DNA of 64,000 bases, taken from the NCBI GenBank assembly GCA_964016885.1, contig OZ024750.1, forward strand, positions 44,764,001-44,828,000, in the 5' to 3' direction. Each line of letters begins with the position of its first letter. The first letter of the stretch is position 1. This document shows, one piece after another, positions 13,841 through 30,041 of the stretch. The stretch comes from Eledone cirrhosa (taxonomy: Eukaryota). The notes below the pieces were generated by a model. The model was not told the origin of the DNA. It ran no database searches and saw nothing but the letters and a program-made list of their open reading frames with translations. The position numbers and the translations under genes are program-made.

Positions 13841-14309
13841 GTGTACTATTAGTAAGAAAATGTGTGACAAAGTTTTTGGACAGAAGACTATCAAGTTCCA
13901 ACTTAGTACAGCAGTGCCGAGAGAACGGATACCATGATGTAATAGATTCTATAATCAGACCGACTGGAGAATGTTTATATCAATTGGAATCATATGTAAA
14001 CAAAACCAAGGCAGTAGCTCGTGAGATAGAAGAGCCAGCAGAAAAAAACACATTTGATGGTTAAGTAGCTGGAGGGAAGGGATAAAATGGATACCAGAAG
14101 AAGATTGAGGCAGTGATTACGCCAAAGGAGGGTTTTACGGTTCAGAGATCACACAAAGAAAGTTGGACTCCGTCAAATTCTATGGCTCATGGCTGCCCTC
14201 GTTGATAGTGATTGAATATATAACATTGTCTTTAATTAGTTTTATGATGTTGGAATTCTGTTGGGTTTTGTCTTTTTGGTGATGAGTATTTTAATTGTTT
14301 GTTCAACAC

Positions 14310-14580
14310 AACAGACTGCTCGTGGAATCACCCTGCAAGTGGCTGAGCATTTCAGGAATACATGTAGCATTAACATATTTCTCAGGACGATTCGGTGCTG
14401 CAGTATGTGTGACAAAGCCGGTCCTTTGAATTATAGATAGAAATTATTATGTCATGCTGAGTGGAGAGAATCTACTTGAAATAGTGTATCTTGCTCTAGG
14501 TCACAAGGCACTTCCACACAAATCTATCACACGAATTAACGATTGTGAGTGGAAAACTTTAACTATTAAAATACGCTCCA
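14310..14580 (-). mobile_element. SINE family 2, degenerate
   Basis: Reverse complement contains gagcaagatacactatttca..ttcaaaggaccggctttgtcacac, as in 27878-28080. Confidence 0.6.
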
Positions 14581-15344
14581 TCATATATTATTCTTAAGCA
14601 GAATTCTTAATCTGTTATTTAAATCGAATGATTTCATAATAAAGCTGGCTGACCTTTAGAAATGGACCGCTTCACGGCCGCTCGATTTTCTAAGAAAATG
14701 GGGCTAAATGCTTACATAGTATCGAGTATTGTTTGTTACATGGGTTAGTTCGTCGCATGTGGTATTTACTCGGGCTTTTACCTCATGTGTTCGAATTATA
14801 CCAATGTCATCTTTAACTCCCATTTTTCCTATGTTGATAAATAAGTAGCAAGCTAGAACGATGGACTGGTGGATGGTTAGAACATCAGGAAATTAATGTA
14901 TGCGCATGCGTGATTACAACTACAGGACAAGGGGCAGTTTCTTTCGTAAGAAATCAACAAGACAGTGAGATAATTTTATTCGAATTTAGTATTTATATTC
15001 TTCGCGGTATGGGTGTTAGAAGGGTTGATGGAGGGGGGCGGGGGGCGATACATGGGGGGGTGTGGATATGTAGGTGATGGAGTGAAGGTGAAGTAGATGG
15101 AGGGGAGTATAGAAGAAGAAGAAGAAGAAGAAGAAGAAGAAGAAGAAGAAGAAGAAGAAGAAGAAGAAGAAGAAGAAGAAGAAGAAGGAGGCATAGAGCG
15201 AGGAGACAGATATGCATTGGTTACTGCTGAGCTTACACAAAAGTACCTTGCCTGGATTTGTGTCTTGGAGGGAACATTCATGGTGCAAATACAATACCAT
15301 TCTTAACGGAAGGGGGTCTTCATATATATATTTATATATATATA

Positions 15345-15751
15345 TATCAATGATATTAAATAAATGGAAACTATATTTATGAAACCATATTTATTTTATT
15401 ATATATATTTCAAGGGTACCAACATTTTGGTACGCTCTCATCAGATAAAATACAAAATTTGTTTTATAAATGGTGAACCTAGACCTTATCCAAACTGAAC
15501 CTGAACAGATATGGTCTGTTTTCTTGGGTATGTCACCATTTATAAAACAAATTTTGTATTTTATCTGATGAGAGCGTACCAAAATGTTGGTACCTTTGAA
15601 ATATATATAATAATATAAATATAGTTTTATAAATATAGTTTCCGTTTTTTTAATATCATTGATATTATGCTCCAGAAAAAACTGTAGAGTGCTTCGTATT
15701 TGTTATGAATATATCTGTTGAATTAACAACAAATTAAATATCCCTTTGCTT
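15345..15751. mobile_element. Head-to-head palindromic hammerhead element (family B) in (TA)n
   Basis: Inverted arms ~15345-15480 and ~15530-15664. Hammerheads at 15392-15452(-) and 15557-15617(+): tattttat-CTGATGA-gagc gtaccaa aatg ttggtac cctt-GAAA-tatata-TA-ataaaata. The longer right arm carries GAGTGCTT. Confidence 0.85.
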
Positions 15752-15935
15752 ATATATATATATAAACATATATATATAGATATTTTTCCATTTCTCCGAG
15801 GGTTATAAACCCCACTATCAGGCTAGAAATTTCTTTAGTCTAAAATACGGTGAAAGCTTATAATTTCTAATTTCTAATTTCAAACTCGCGCACGGTTTCA
15901 AAAACATACTTACATGTTTACGTTTATAATTTGCT

Positions 15936-15991
<56 letters not shown>

Positions 15992-16178
15992 TAGATAGAT
16001 AAATAAATAGGTAGATACATATATATATATATATATATCTTTATTTGCCACAGGGGCAGATAGATATTATCTGTGCACATGCGTGCAGAGGAAGTAATAT
16101 ATGTATATATATATATATATACAGACACACGCACACAGACACACACACACTCACACATATTTATATATATAAATATAC

Positions 16179-16254
<76 letters not shown>

Positions 16255-16389
16255 GTAAGTATGTATGTATACGGACATACATATATGTATACATACATGC
16301 ACACATATATATATATGTACGTATCGGTTTACCAAATATTTATTATAATGCCGTACTAAGAGTGAGAAATGAAATTTTGTTTCATTCTT

Positions 16390-18050
<1,661 letters not shown>

Positions 18051-18385
18051 ACATTTATTAAATTACGTTTTACAATATTTTACTTTATTCAACTTTGGAA
18101 CATAAGTTTTCCTAAAAATCGATATTACATATTTCTCTGATAATAGAATGGAAATTCAATGAAAAAGATAAATGCATCCAGATAAGCAGGTTTTTAAAAC
18201 ACATATTTTGCCGATATATTTCTAACGCGGAGCTACCTGGCACATTAAGTGGTCAGCGCTAGCTTACCTTCTTGGATAGCTAATACACAAAAGAATGGAT
18301 GCTATGCAGTGTGTTACAGATATTAATACGTTCAGTAAATGTGTAAAATACAGGGTAAACTTTAAAACTGACTTGATTTCCATGT

Positions 18386-18720
18386 GTTTAACACACGTGG
18401 ACATGCCCACAAAGTCAGAAAACAGCACATTTCCCATGACTTTCGGAAACATTTTTTCATGCTCAGAGTTGCTGAAGCATGGAACAAACTACTTGCATCA
18501 GTTGTTAGCTGTCGAGACACTGCATCCTTTAAGGCCTCCATGCTTCCCGAGATCCGCCAATACTACAGCTAATGTTCCCCCTCCATACAAATACACACAT
18601 GTATACCATGATTCATACACTATTCACTTCCCTGACATTTGTGTATTATTCTATGTACTATACATACACCTTTGACGAGTTGTAGTGCACCTGAGCACTT
18701 TACACAATAATTTCATTATT
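18386..18720 (+). pseudogene. CR1-clade-like LINE 3' end
   Basis: NTRGHAHKVRKQHISHDFRKHFFMLRVAEAWNKLLASVVSCRDTASFKASM matches the CR1/L2 C-terminal TRGH..FF..RV..WN.LP..FK motif, followed by a 3' UTR and a short ATT tail. Confidence 0.85.
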
Positions 18721-18782
18721 ATAAGTGGTGGTTATACATTTATTGAGATGTTATTAAATATCTTTACAATGGATACACAATA

Positions 18783-18968
18783 TATTGTTTCTATGTTAGG
18801 CACAAGGCCAGCAATTACCCAGTGTATTACTGGTACTTTATTTTATCGACCCCGTAAGGATGAAAGGCAACGTTAACCTCGGCGAGATTTGAACTCAGAA
18901 TGACAAGGGCCTTAACTCTATGCGTCAAAGCATGGCGTCCGACCCTCTACCAATACTGCCAATCCACC
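18783..18968 (-). mobile_element. SINE family 1
   Basis: Consensus match. Confidence 0.9.
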
Positions 18969-21900
18969 GTAGTGGACACATAATATATGAAATGTTGCTA
19001 TAAGTTTAGGAGTTGGATAAATAGATGAAGGAATATAAGTGGATATAGAAGGAAAAATGACTATTTCTGAGGTCGGAGTGAAATAATAAAGGGAGCAGAA
19101 ATTGACCCTATATTTCATTCTTTATTTGTATATGTTAGAGAGCTACTCTTAAGTGAAGCCAATTTAAATTTTCTGCACTTTCTGTTTCTTCCTTGTTTTG
19201 GTTTCACCCTTATACCCATTTCTACTCCATCATTGACTCCCAATACCGACTCTTCTATGATTATTCGACATAGAAAAGTTGCTTTAGAAATACAGATTTC
19301 AAATTACTACCCACTCAATGATTAAGGCTATTTTAAATATTATGCCTCGTATGCTGTATAGTGTATGGGGTATTTAAGGAGGTATAGCCGTTCAGACTGG
19401 AGCTCTAGTTGTTTCTTCTGTGAAGATGTAAATTCATCTTTGATTCTCATCTCATACCCATCTTTCACTTGCATGTCGAAAAAGGCATTACATGGCATCG
19501 GATATATCACATTAAAAAACCTGAATTCGTAGACTTCACCATGTTCTGTTAACGATCGGTTTTTATACCCTCGGTTTATTAATGTGTATCACTGTTAGTA
19601 TCGATAGATGTATTCAAGCGAATTGAAATGAGGTGAACAACAGTAGGCCCAACAGGAAAAGAGACGTATTCTATGCTGGAAGGAATTACACCTTTCTCAA
19701 CCTAAAGTTAACAAAGAATGGTGCGCCATTTTAGCGTTAACCAAGATGCCTAAACCAAGTTAAAAAAACCTACGGAACATGTCCAATAAGGTTTTCAAAG
19801 CTGGAAATCAATCTACCTCAGTTGCTACAGTATAGTTATCCTGCAGTCAAATGCAAAAATGTTTCTTATATCTTTTAACCTCATATATGTAAGTATATAC
19901 AATGATTTTATCCAAGAAAGCATCTAATATTTATTTGCAGTATTGGAGTAAAAACACCACCTTCCGAGGAAGGGTATAGTTGACTAAATCAACCCCAGTA
20001 GTTGTCTGTTACTTTACTTTATCACATTTGGAAGAATAACAGAGAATATTGAACTCGATGGGATTTGAACTCAGAATGTAAAGTCTAAACTCTACATATT
20101 ATCCGGGGGCAGGGGCCTCATCAGGCAGGTGCTTATCCAGGTTTTCGTGGCGTTAAGTGACTGACAGTAGAAGATTCACACCTGGACATGTCGCCATCTA
20201 TAGGATCGTAACTAACTTTGATTCAACCAATCAACTGTTCTTTGGGGATGCATATAATATTTTCAAAAATCATTTACTATTTAATATTCAAGAAATTTTC
20301 AATTACGTTCGTAGTTCCTGTTGAAAATTAAAATCTCTAAAAGAAGAAGGAAGAGGTTTGACTGGCAGAATCGATAGAGCGTCAGAAATTGACATGTAAT
20401 TGTTAGTTTGTCCTTTTAAAATTTTGCTTTACGTTCTGGATATCGATAACAATAAGTGTCATTCAAATACTGATATAGATCAACTTGAATATATTCCTCG
20501 AAATGTGTTTTGTGTCTCTGTCAGATACCAATAATGTAACGCAATAATAAAGGAAATACAATTCATGAAACGACAGCACATTTCCCAACGAGACAGAATC
20601 TCAAGGTGAGTGATTGATCTGTAAAAAATAGCAGCTACATTTCTCGCAAATCCCCTCCGTCGTCTTAATGGTGACGCCGAAATATAGCTGTAGTCTAATG
20701 AGTGAAACAATTAACATATTGATAAAGGAATTATATTATTAGTCTTTTACCCCTGATCAGTCTTCCTCTAAAAGAATACAGAATTTTGTCATATGATTCA
20801 AATGTAAGTTCCCTTTTTTGAGAGATCACTACGAGAGTGGCTGAAAAGTTTATAGACTGACTATGAAAGAGTGATGCTAGAGCTGTGAAAATGCATGCAT
20901 TAATTTCAAATGGTCTTATCAATAATTGCATATTACTTTCCAGGGACTATATTGAAATATAAACCTCATTTAATTATTCTATGTGATTGTCTCCGTCAGT
21001 CTATGAAGTTTCCAGCTTATGGACTTTTCATCAGAGCCTCGTACATTATAAAACCTATCATCTATTATTTAGAATGCTAAGATATTATTTGAGCGAGATA
21101 TAGCAACTAATTCTTACAGCGCGATAAACCAGTTAGTTGGTTCGTTTTCTCAGAAACCCTTTGTATTAGTCAGATACGTACCAATCCACGGATATGATTG
21201 AAATCAATCGATATACAGTTAGTGTCCTCTACGTACCAACAACTCCAGGTTTTGAACTGAGAGTGGATATGACACCGAAAAAACAACGCCATTTTTTGTA
21301 TTAGTTCTTTGTTAGATTAAAGAATCGCTGATTTTAAACAAACATCATCCTGTTGGTTTACCCATATCTAGTGGTTCGCCTGTTTCTCAGTGTAGACTAA
21401 AGTCTAATTTGTGTGTTTATGTATATAAGTCTGTGTGTGTGTTTTGTATATGTGCACTCAACAATCCTGTCAGATGCAGGAAGACATAACATTATAAGTA
21501 ACCTAACATATAAACTAGTTCTTCCTTCCATCTTTCCGAATGTGCTTTTGTAGTTTTTCTTTTATCATACCTATATTACATATAAAATAAATTAAAAGAA
21601 AATACACAAACGTTCTCCCTAAGTCATGGTAAATATTTCACCGTTTGCATGCGAACTATCTCATTTACATATGACTTCGTCAAATAACGTGTTTGCTGCT
21701 TATCTTTTATTTATTCCCGTCACCGCTCGTATTTTTCTGACGCACAAGTCTTATTTTTTTTATTCATTATCATATTTTTTTTTACATTTCCCTTAACTTC
21801 TTTCATTTGCTTTCTACCATTTCCACAACATTAAATTTTTCTTATTCTGTCATCAACATTATCCCATTCCACTTACCTTATAACAAAGTTTTCTTTAACT

Positions 21901-22125
21901 TAACCCCTTTGTGTAACCCTTAACTCTTCCAGGAATATCCCTGTTCGTTTTGCTGTTGCCATTGTTATTGTTTTTTTAGCTATCGTTGTTGTTGTTATTT
22001 TTGTTGTTGTTATTGCTGTTGTTGTTGTTGTTGTTGTTGTTGTTCTTCTTCTTCTTCTTCTTCTTCTTCTTCTTCTTCTTCTTCTCCTTCTTCTTCTTCT
22101 TCTTCTTCTTCTTCTTCTTCTTCTT

Positions 22126-22239
<114 letters not shown>

Positions 22240-22998
22240 GTTATTATTTATCTATTATTTGGAAGCATTTTTTTGTTGTTGGTTGTCCCTTATCACAAAT
22301 TTTTCTATTGACATGTCACTTTAACGTGTCAAATCGAAAATACGCCAAATAAAATTTCACAAAAAGCACCGATTTGTGATCAGGCATCTCGTATGAAAAA
22401 GGACTTCATCGACTCACAGTGACATCTGTGTCAATTTCGAATCGTTATCACCATTCAGTGCAGCACTTGTAAGAATATCCCAGCATCGTGTTTTTTTTTA
22501 AACGACGCCATGTTTTGTATTATTCTGCGCAGGCTATGGAAAACTAGATTAGCTTTCACGTGGAAGGACAAGTTATAAACATTTACAAACTACTAGCGTT
22601 TCTTTTGTTTTCAAGTTGGCTTCTTTCAGCGTTTGGGATTTGATTGACAGTTTCTTGCTACAAGTAGATTGCCACAAGCACTATATATTGGCGTCCCTTG
22701 CTGAAGAATGCCAAACTATATCGTATTATCTGCGAGGAAAAGCGAAGAAGCTGACAGCAAACTGGCCAATCTTCATCAATTCTATTGAAAAAGCTTTAAC
22801 CTTTTTCCCTCGCTCTCTTTTCCTCAGTATCTGCCTCTCTGTCACCTTACGCAAGATTCAAGTGTTTTTCAAATATCCGAAAAAGACATTCTTTAGCTTT
22901 AATAGTCCAATAGGTGAAGATTGTATGCATATACAAATGTATGAATGGCGGCCGCCGACATATGTAAATAAATCACTATGTCATGTCTGTATGTATGT

Positions 22999-23112
<114 letters not shown>

Positions 23113-23203
23113 TTATATATATATATATATTTATTTATATATATATATATATTTATTTATATATATATATATATATATTTATTTATATATATATATATTT
23201 ATT

Positions 23204-23337
<134 letters not shown>

Positions 23338-23540
23338 CTATAAAGTATGTCCATAGAATCATTTGATAATATAAATATATTTGATAATATATATATATAT
23401 ATTTATATATATTTATATATATTTCTGTATAAGTTTGAGTGTATATGCAGGTATTTTCTCATGCAGGTCGATATGTATGTTTTCAAGCGCACACATACAC
23501 ACTCACATGTATACTCGCACACATGTATACAAACACACAA

Positions 23541-23581
<41 letters not shown>

Positions 23582-23636
23582 CTTATATACTTACATACAT
23601 ACATTTCTATACATATATACATCTCTATCTCTCTCA

Positions 23637-23709
<73 letters not shown>

Positions 23710-24509
23710 CGGACAAACGCACACACACACACACATATACTGTATATATATATATATATATATTTATATATAGAAATACATTCTACACCTATTCATACTT
23801 ATATAGGCGTGTATGTGTGTATGAATGCCTGGCCATGTAGAAGCGTGTGGTTACAATTGAAGTCATGTGCGGTGGAGGTTTATACTCGCCCCTGAACCAA
23901 CAATATCAAATTTTTAACAAGTATTTCCACACAAGTGTTATTTTACCATCTTCTTATATTCGAACGAACGAATAGAACTCAACTGGAAATAACCATCAAC
24001 GTCTCCCACTTCAGATCGATTGTAACTTCTTTTCTTCTTTCCCTCCTTCCTCCCCTTTGTGTGATCATGTAAGCTAGAAAGAAATTAGAAAATAAAACTA
24101 GCAATGGTATACATAAAGCGAACAAAGTCTACGAAGAAAACACGATATAACTATAAAAACTAGAACACACGAATGAAATAGAGATTTAAGTGGTTTATTT
24201 ATTATTTTATATAATTTTTTTTCGAAGATGAATCGGTTTATTTTAAATGTTTTGGTCCAAACATAAAATAAAATGGATTATTCTATAATTACTTTATGTG
24301 TGTTTTTTTTTATATAAATAAATTCAATTATTTATTGTCTTGTGTTTATTAAAGTGCAGCAGCCTGGTAGAAATAAATGAAATTATGTTACATTTTAAAT
24401 GACTTTGTTCTTGCATTAACACTGTTTGTTGGGCGAATAGTCGCTGCAGTATCATTGTATTTAAATTGATTAATCATAAATATAAATAGTTTCTTTTCTC
24501 TATATATAG

Positions 24510-24880
24510 ATCTTTCTAATGTAAGCAAAAGACCAGCAATTTGGAGTAAAGGGGAAAGTCGATTATGTCAATTCCTAGCCTCCATCGGAACTTTACTGAT
24601 ACTTTATTTTATAGACCATGGAAGGATGAAAGGAAAATTTGACCTCAGTCGGTTTGAAATTAAAACGTAGAGAATCGTTGCTAAATACAGTGTAGCGTTC
24701 TACCTGATGATTTAGCGATGCTGCCAACACATCGCTCATTTTCTTTCAATATAATATACAACAACACGAATGCTTCGCAATATTTAGTACGTATCTGCGT
24801 TCTGAGGTCAAACCCCATCGAGATTAATTCGCCTTAAATCCTTTTGAGGTCGATAAATGTTATAACAGTCTGACTCTGGT
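24510..24880. mobile_element. Two old SINE family 1 copies, 24510-24740(-) and ~24770-24880(+); another at 19940-20090(-)
   Basis: Diverged consensus match. Confidence 0.7.
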
Positions 24881-25099
24881 GTGATTCGCCTGCTATGTCT
24901 CTCATGTCTTAGTCTTTATCACTCTCAATCATCTTCTGGAAGATATCGTCTGCATTAAAACCGGGGAGAGAAGTGATGAACTCCATCATGTTTAAGATGT
25001 CCAAGATACGCCGTATGTCATAACGAAGCTATTATCACTCCATCGGGAGATATGGATCCAGAAATATAAAAAAAATCACAACGTAAACAGAATTAACAT

Positions 25100-25144
<45 letters not shown>

Positions 25145-25200
25145 ATGTGTGTATATATGTGTATATATATATATATGTGTGTGTGTGTCTGTATGTGTAC

Positions 25201-25291
<91 letters not shown>

Positions 25292-25293
25292 AA

Positions 25294-25324
<31 letters not shown>

Positions 25325-25359
25325 GTATATATATGTATATATATGTAAATATATATATA

Positions 25360-25401
<42 letters not shown>

Positions 25402-25549
25402 ATGTGTGCGTATAAATATATATATATATATGTGTGTGTGTGAGTGTATATATATATATATATGTATTGATTGTGTGTAAGTGTATATACATATATATAT
25501 ACGTATATATATATATATATATATATGTGTGCATGTATGTGCGTGTATG

Positions 25550-25580
<31 letters not shown>

Positions 25581-25615
25581 ATGTGCGTGTATGTATATAT
25601 ATATATATATAAGTA

Positions 25616-25718
<103 letters not shown>

Positions 25719-25727
25719 ATGTGCGTG

Positions 25728-25796
<69 letters not shown>

Positions 25797-26170
25797 GCCG
25801 ATGAGAGTATGCTTGAGTCAGTACTACGACGATATCAAACTGTGATAAGTGCTGTAAGGCTTACATTGAGATGTTTTATAAACGCTGAGAATGATATAAC
25901 GATGTGATATATTGATTGTTATAACACACACTGAATGATCCACTCTGGAACGTTTCACTCTTATCTACCTTTTCCTTGTTTCTTTAGATGTCTCTATCTC
26001 TTTGCCTCTCTCTGTCTCCTTCTTGCCTTCTGTTTACGACTTAGAGATTTGTACCAACACACACACACGCAAACACACACACGCAAACGCACACACATAC
26101 ACACACATAGATATATACATACATATATACACATGTAAAAACACACATACTCACAGATATTTATATATAT

Positions 26171-26241
<71 letters not shown>

Positions 26242-26242
<1 letters not shown>

Positions 26243-26557
26243 GGAAAGGTTCAGGACCCCCGACGGCAGAGCTCCAGCCGTTTCGACGGCTATTCTGGAC
26301 TATATTAGATTGTTAGCGTTGTAATAATATCTATAAAAATAAATAAATAAATATATATATATATATATAACGGAGGATATGTGGTAAGGAACCAGGTGGA
26401 CCATAACGCACCAAAGTACTCAATACTTAGGGTAGTAGAGTGGGTAATAGGAACGAGTAGGACCCTGACGGCTGAGCTCAAGCCGTTTCGACGATAATTC
26501 AGTCCAGAATTAGCCGTCGAAACGGCTTGAGCTCAGCCGTCGGGGTCCTACTCGTTC

Positions 26558-26588
<31 letters not shown>

Positions 26589-26795
26589 AGCGTTTGGTAA
26601 CATACCAGGTGGATCATAACCCACTAGAGTACTCGATACTTGGGGTATTAGCGTGGGCAATATGAAAGGATTCAGGACCCCGACGGCTGAGCTCCGGCTG
26701 TTTCGACAGCTAGATCCGACTAAACCACCAGTATACTGCTGGTTTAGTTCGAAACGAGCTGTCGAAACGTCCGTCGGAGTCCTGAATCCTTTCAT
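26242..26795. mobile_element. Cluster of three (TA)n-inserted elements of family G (two palindromic, one single arm) carrying the 3' half of a hammerhead
   Basis: Copies at 26242-26315, 26370-26560 and 26583-26795. Motif gtc-GAAA-cggc ttgagctc(a/t) gccg-TC-ggggtc. Confidence 0.75.
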
Positions 26796-26802
26796 ATATA
26801 TA

Positions 26803-26930
26803 TAAGTTATTCCGGGTTGAATCGGACGTAACTACAGTAAGTAAAGTACTCAACACATAGCAGAGTATAAAAGTGTTAATATAGAAGAGCTTCTACAGGT
26901 CTAGAACTGTTTCATTCGTGAGAAATCAAT
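26803..26930 (-). mobile_element. 5'-truncated hammerhead element (family F)
   Basis: Reverse complement reads TGA t ttc tcac gaa t GAAA cag ttctagac ctg TA gaag, with GAGTACTT before the (TA)n end. Confidence 0.6.
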
Positions 26931-27439
26931 ATATATATATATAATACTTTTCTCATGTTGAGCTTCTACAATACATATACTAACCATATAATAATAATGA
27001 AATAGTAGAATAAATCGGGTAAAATAGGTTTGTGGGTGAAAAAATCTGGACGACTGCACTAACCTCTACAAATACCTGCATAAATTTGGTGCCAGAAACA
27101 TATTTAGTACACGTATATCTACTAGAGGGAATGTTTTTGCTGTCTTGTCAGTTGGGCGCAGCCTTATCACCACCACGCCCCTTGCCTAGAGCCCAGTCAC
27201 CTTCTCCTTCCCCTTCTCCATTCTTCTGTGACACTATGGTCTTAGCCATTCCGTCCAGTTCCCGTTTATTTTCTTTATATTTTCCTATTTTATATTCCAT
27301 TCTTTCTTCTCAATCAAAATATTCTTTCTCTCTTTTTCTGTTAAATTGTATTTACAAGATATATTCCTTTACTAGAAGGAACGATCGACTTTCGTCAAAT
27401 CGGACGGAGGAAACAATGTTCCCATTGGTCTTTCCAATT

Positions 27440-28080
27440 GCTAATACTATCTATCGGTCGCAACTCTAGGTAGGAGGAGCAACGTGAAATAAAGTGTCTT
27501 GCTCAATGACATAACGCATCGCCCTGTCCGGGAATCGAACTCACAACCTCACGATTGCGAATCCAATTCTCTAACCACTCAGCCACACGCCTTCTAGAAT
27601 ATTATGCAAGCACTAGTATTTTTTGTCATATTTCGTGTCACGTAAATTAATGTCCGTTAGCGATACGAACCTAACAAAATTAATAAATAAACTATTAATA
27701 TATTATATTATGTTTCACCTGTTTTCTCAACATCCCAATACTCTTCACATCGAAATAGTTGTGAAAGCTGATAGCATTTGACATATTTTCTCAACACACA
27801 AAAGTGTCATTTCATGCAGTTTATAAACTCCTGCTATATACTATAGGATACTAGAGGCCAGAATTTAAACCAATGTGAAGGCGCATGTCTTAGTGCTTAT
27901 GGAGTTCGCCTCACAATCGTAAGGTTGTCAGTTCGATTCCAGGGGCCGGCTAGTGTCCTTGAGCAAGACTTTTTATTCCATCTTGCTCTTGTTTATTCAG
28001 CTGACAGAAACGTGGTGTAACAGCAATTCAAAGGGCCAGACTTGTGATCAATTGTCACACTGAATCTCCCTTAGAACGAC
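27440..28080. mobile_element. tRNA-derived SINE family 2: ~27440-27594(-), 27878-28080(+); also ~41005-41270(+)
   Basis: Head GAAGGCGTGTGGCTGAGTGGTTAG..GAGTTCGATTCCC followed by (G)TCCTTGAGCAAGACACTTTATTTC. Confidence 0.8.
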
Positions 28081-28437
28081 TTTAATTTCCAGAATAGGTT
28101 GAGAAAATGGAACCCTCGTCATCTAAAGAGACGGAGATCCAATAATGTTTGAAACCATGGGTCTGAATATACAACAGCCTGTCACTAAAGTGCCTGAATG
28201 CGTGTGATATTCAATCAATACTTAATTCGTCTGTATTGTTGTCATTATTCTCAGCCATTACAGCACAGATCATATGGAACCATGATCAAAGACGTTCCAG
28301 CCGTGATCATCACCCCCTTCACTTATATCAGTGATTACATTCTTCAATGAAAGGTTATCATTTTAAGATGGCATCATTTATGGTTGTTTCTTTTAATGTT
28401 TTATATCTAGAAGGTTGAGACTTAATGAGATTTTGAT

Positions 28438-28737
28438 AGCAGCAGCGGCAACATAAGCAGTAGTAGCAGCAGTAGCAGTAGCAACAGTAACAGCAGTAGC
28501 AGCAGCAGCAGTAGCAGCAGTAGCAACAGTAGCAGCAGTAGCAGCAGCAGCAGCATTAGCAGCAGTAGCAGCAGTAGTAGTAGCAACAGCTGCAGTAGTA
28601 GTAGTATGAGTAATACCAACAGCAGCAGCATTAGTAGCAGTGGTAGTAGAAGTAGCAGCAGCAGCAGCAGCAATAGTAGTAGTAGTAGTAGTAGTAGTAA
28701 TAGTAGTAGTAGTAGTAGTAGTAGCAACATCAGCAGC

Positions 28738-28772
<35 letters not shown>

Positions 28773-28790
28773 CAGCAGCAGCAGCACCAT

Positions 28791-28821
<31 letters not shown>

Positions 28822-28850
28822 AGCGGTAGTAGTAGTAGTTGAGGTTGTTG
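28438..28850. repeat. (AGT/AGC)n trinucleotide repeat (similar at 9970-10097; (GAA)n at 15111-15187; GTT/CTT/ATT at 21985-22250)
   Basis: Direct inspection. Confidence 0.95.
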
Positions 28851-29508
28851 TTACTGGAGTAAAATGCAGGAGAATAAGAAAATAGAACGAGAAGAAAGCA
28901 AATTTCTGTAAAAGCTTCACGTCTCGTCACAGTGTGCATATTTCCTCAATTAAAATATGTTTTGGAAGGAACAGTCCAGCATATCTTTTAGGAAGAATCA
29001 GTCGGGGTTACATTTTCTTTTATCGATAAACAGCAAAGCTTCTGTTTATCATGAATTAACAAAGCTTATGGTATAAAAGGAATAGCAAATGTTATGTTTT
29101 ATAAATGAACACCACAGGATATTATTTGATGAAGAAGCCAGTCTTGCGCTTACAAATATCGTGCAAACCTTATGTATGATAAGAAAAACATCGATTTTTT
29201 TCATGTGTAGTAAAAACTCATTCTAGTTTGTTATAAAACGAAATAGTCCCGGATAAAATGAAGAAAAATCTTTTCTTATTTTTCAAGAAACATTTAAATT
29301 TATCTATTGAATTGATTATTTCATGTATAACAACGTATATTTGGATAATTCGAACTATTCAATGTGGTAAATCGAGAGTTTTAAATAGTAAATCTCACTG
29401 CGAATTGTAAAGATATGTAAACACGATTTTAAATCTCACTACGACGGGAAATATTTAGTTTTTCCTCACTAGTTTGTTTCTACTTAGAATTTCATGAGAG
29501 AGAGGGGA

Positions 29509-29567
<59 letters not shown>

Positions 29568-30041
29568 CGTATTTTCTGTCGGTGGAGACACTGCTAGTTT
29601 ATAGACTTTTGTATCAACCTCAAACAAAAACACATTAGAAACGGCCAATCTAATTTGCATATCTAAGCATTTGTTAACCACGTGATTAAATATATAACTA
29701 TTTGCTGCATATCACAGCTTATGTTGCATAATCTAACATATTTTATGCAGAAGAAGCCACGTTCGATTCATGTCTGTCCTTTGTTTTGTTAGCGTTTAAC
29801 ATTCAGAACGGCCGACATTCTTTTGTTCAAATTGTCATTATAAGGTAAGTAGTAGCGCCCTCCTCCCGGAAACTAGACAACCACCGGAGGGCTGGTGAGA
29901 TAATGATACATTTGGCTGTGGTTTTATGTAACTGTTGGCAAATACTGCTAATAAAGGTTTCTGATTTAAGCAAAAGGCCAACAAATTTCGTGGAGGGTAA
30001 AGTCGATTAAATTGGCCCCAGTGCGTTACTGTAACATTATT

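Noticed and set aside
13864-14200. Possible LINE or host coding remnant
   Set aside because: No diagnostic motif recognised by eye.
20105-20200. CTGATGA on minus strand as a hammerhead
   Set aside because: No downstream stem II/GAAA/stem III; the context looks like a SINE 3' fragment.
22616-22980. Non-repetitive part of the 246-aa ORF as a host exon
   Set aside because: No recognisable protein motif, it runs into (TA)n, and splice signals cannot be validated.
25797-25850. ccgatgagagtatg..gtactacgacgatatc as hammerhead
   Set aside because: Both core halves are mutated; too degenerate to support.
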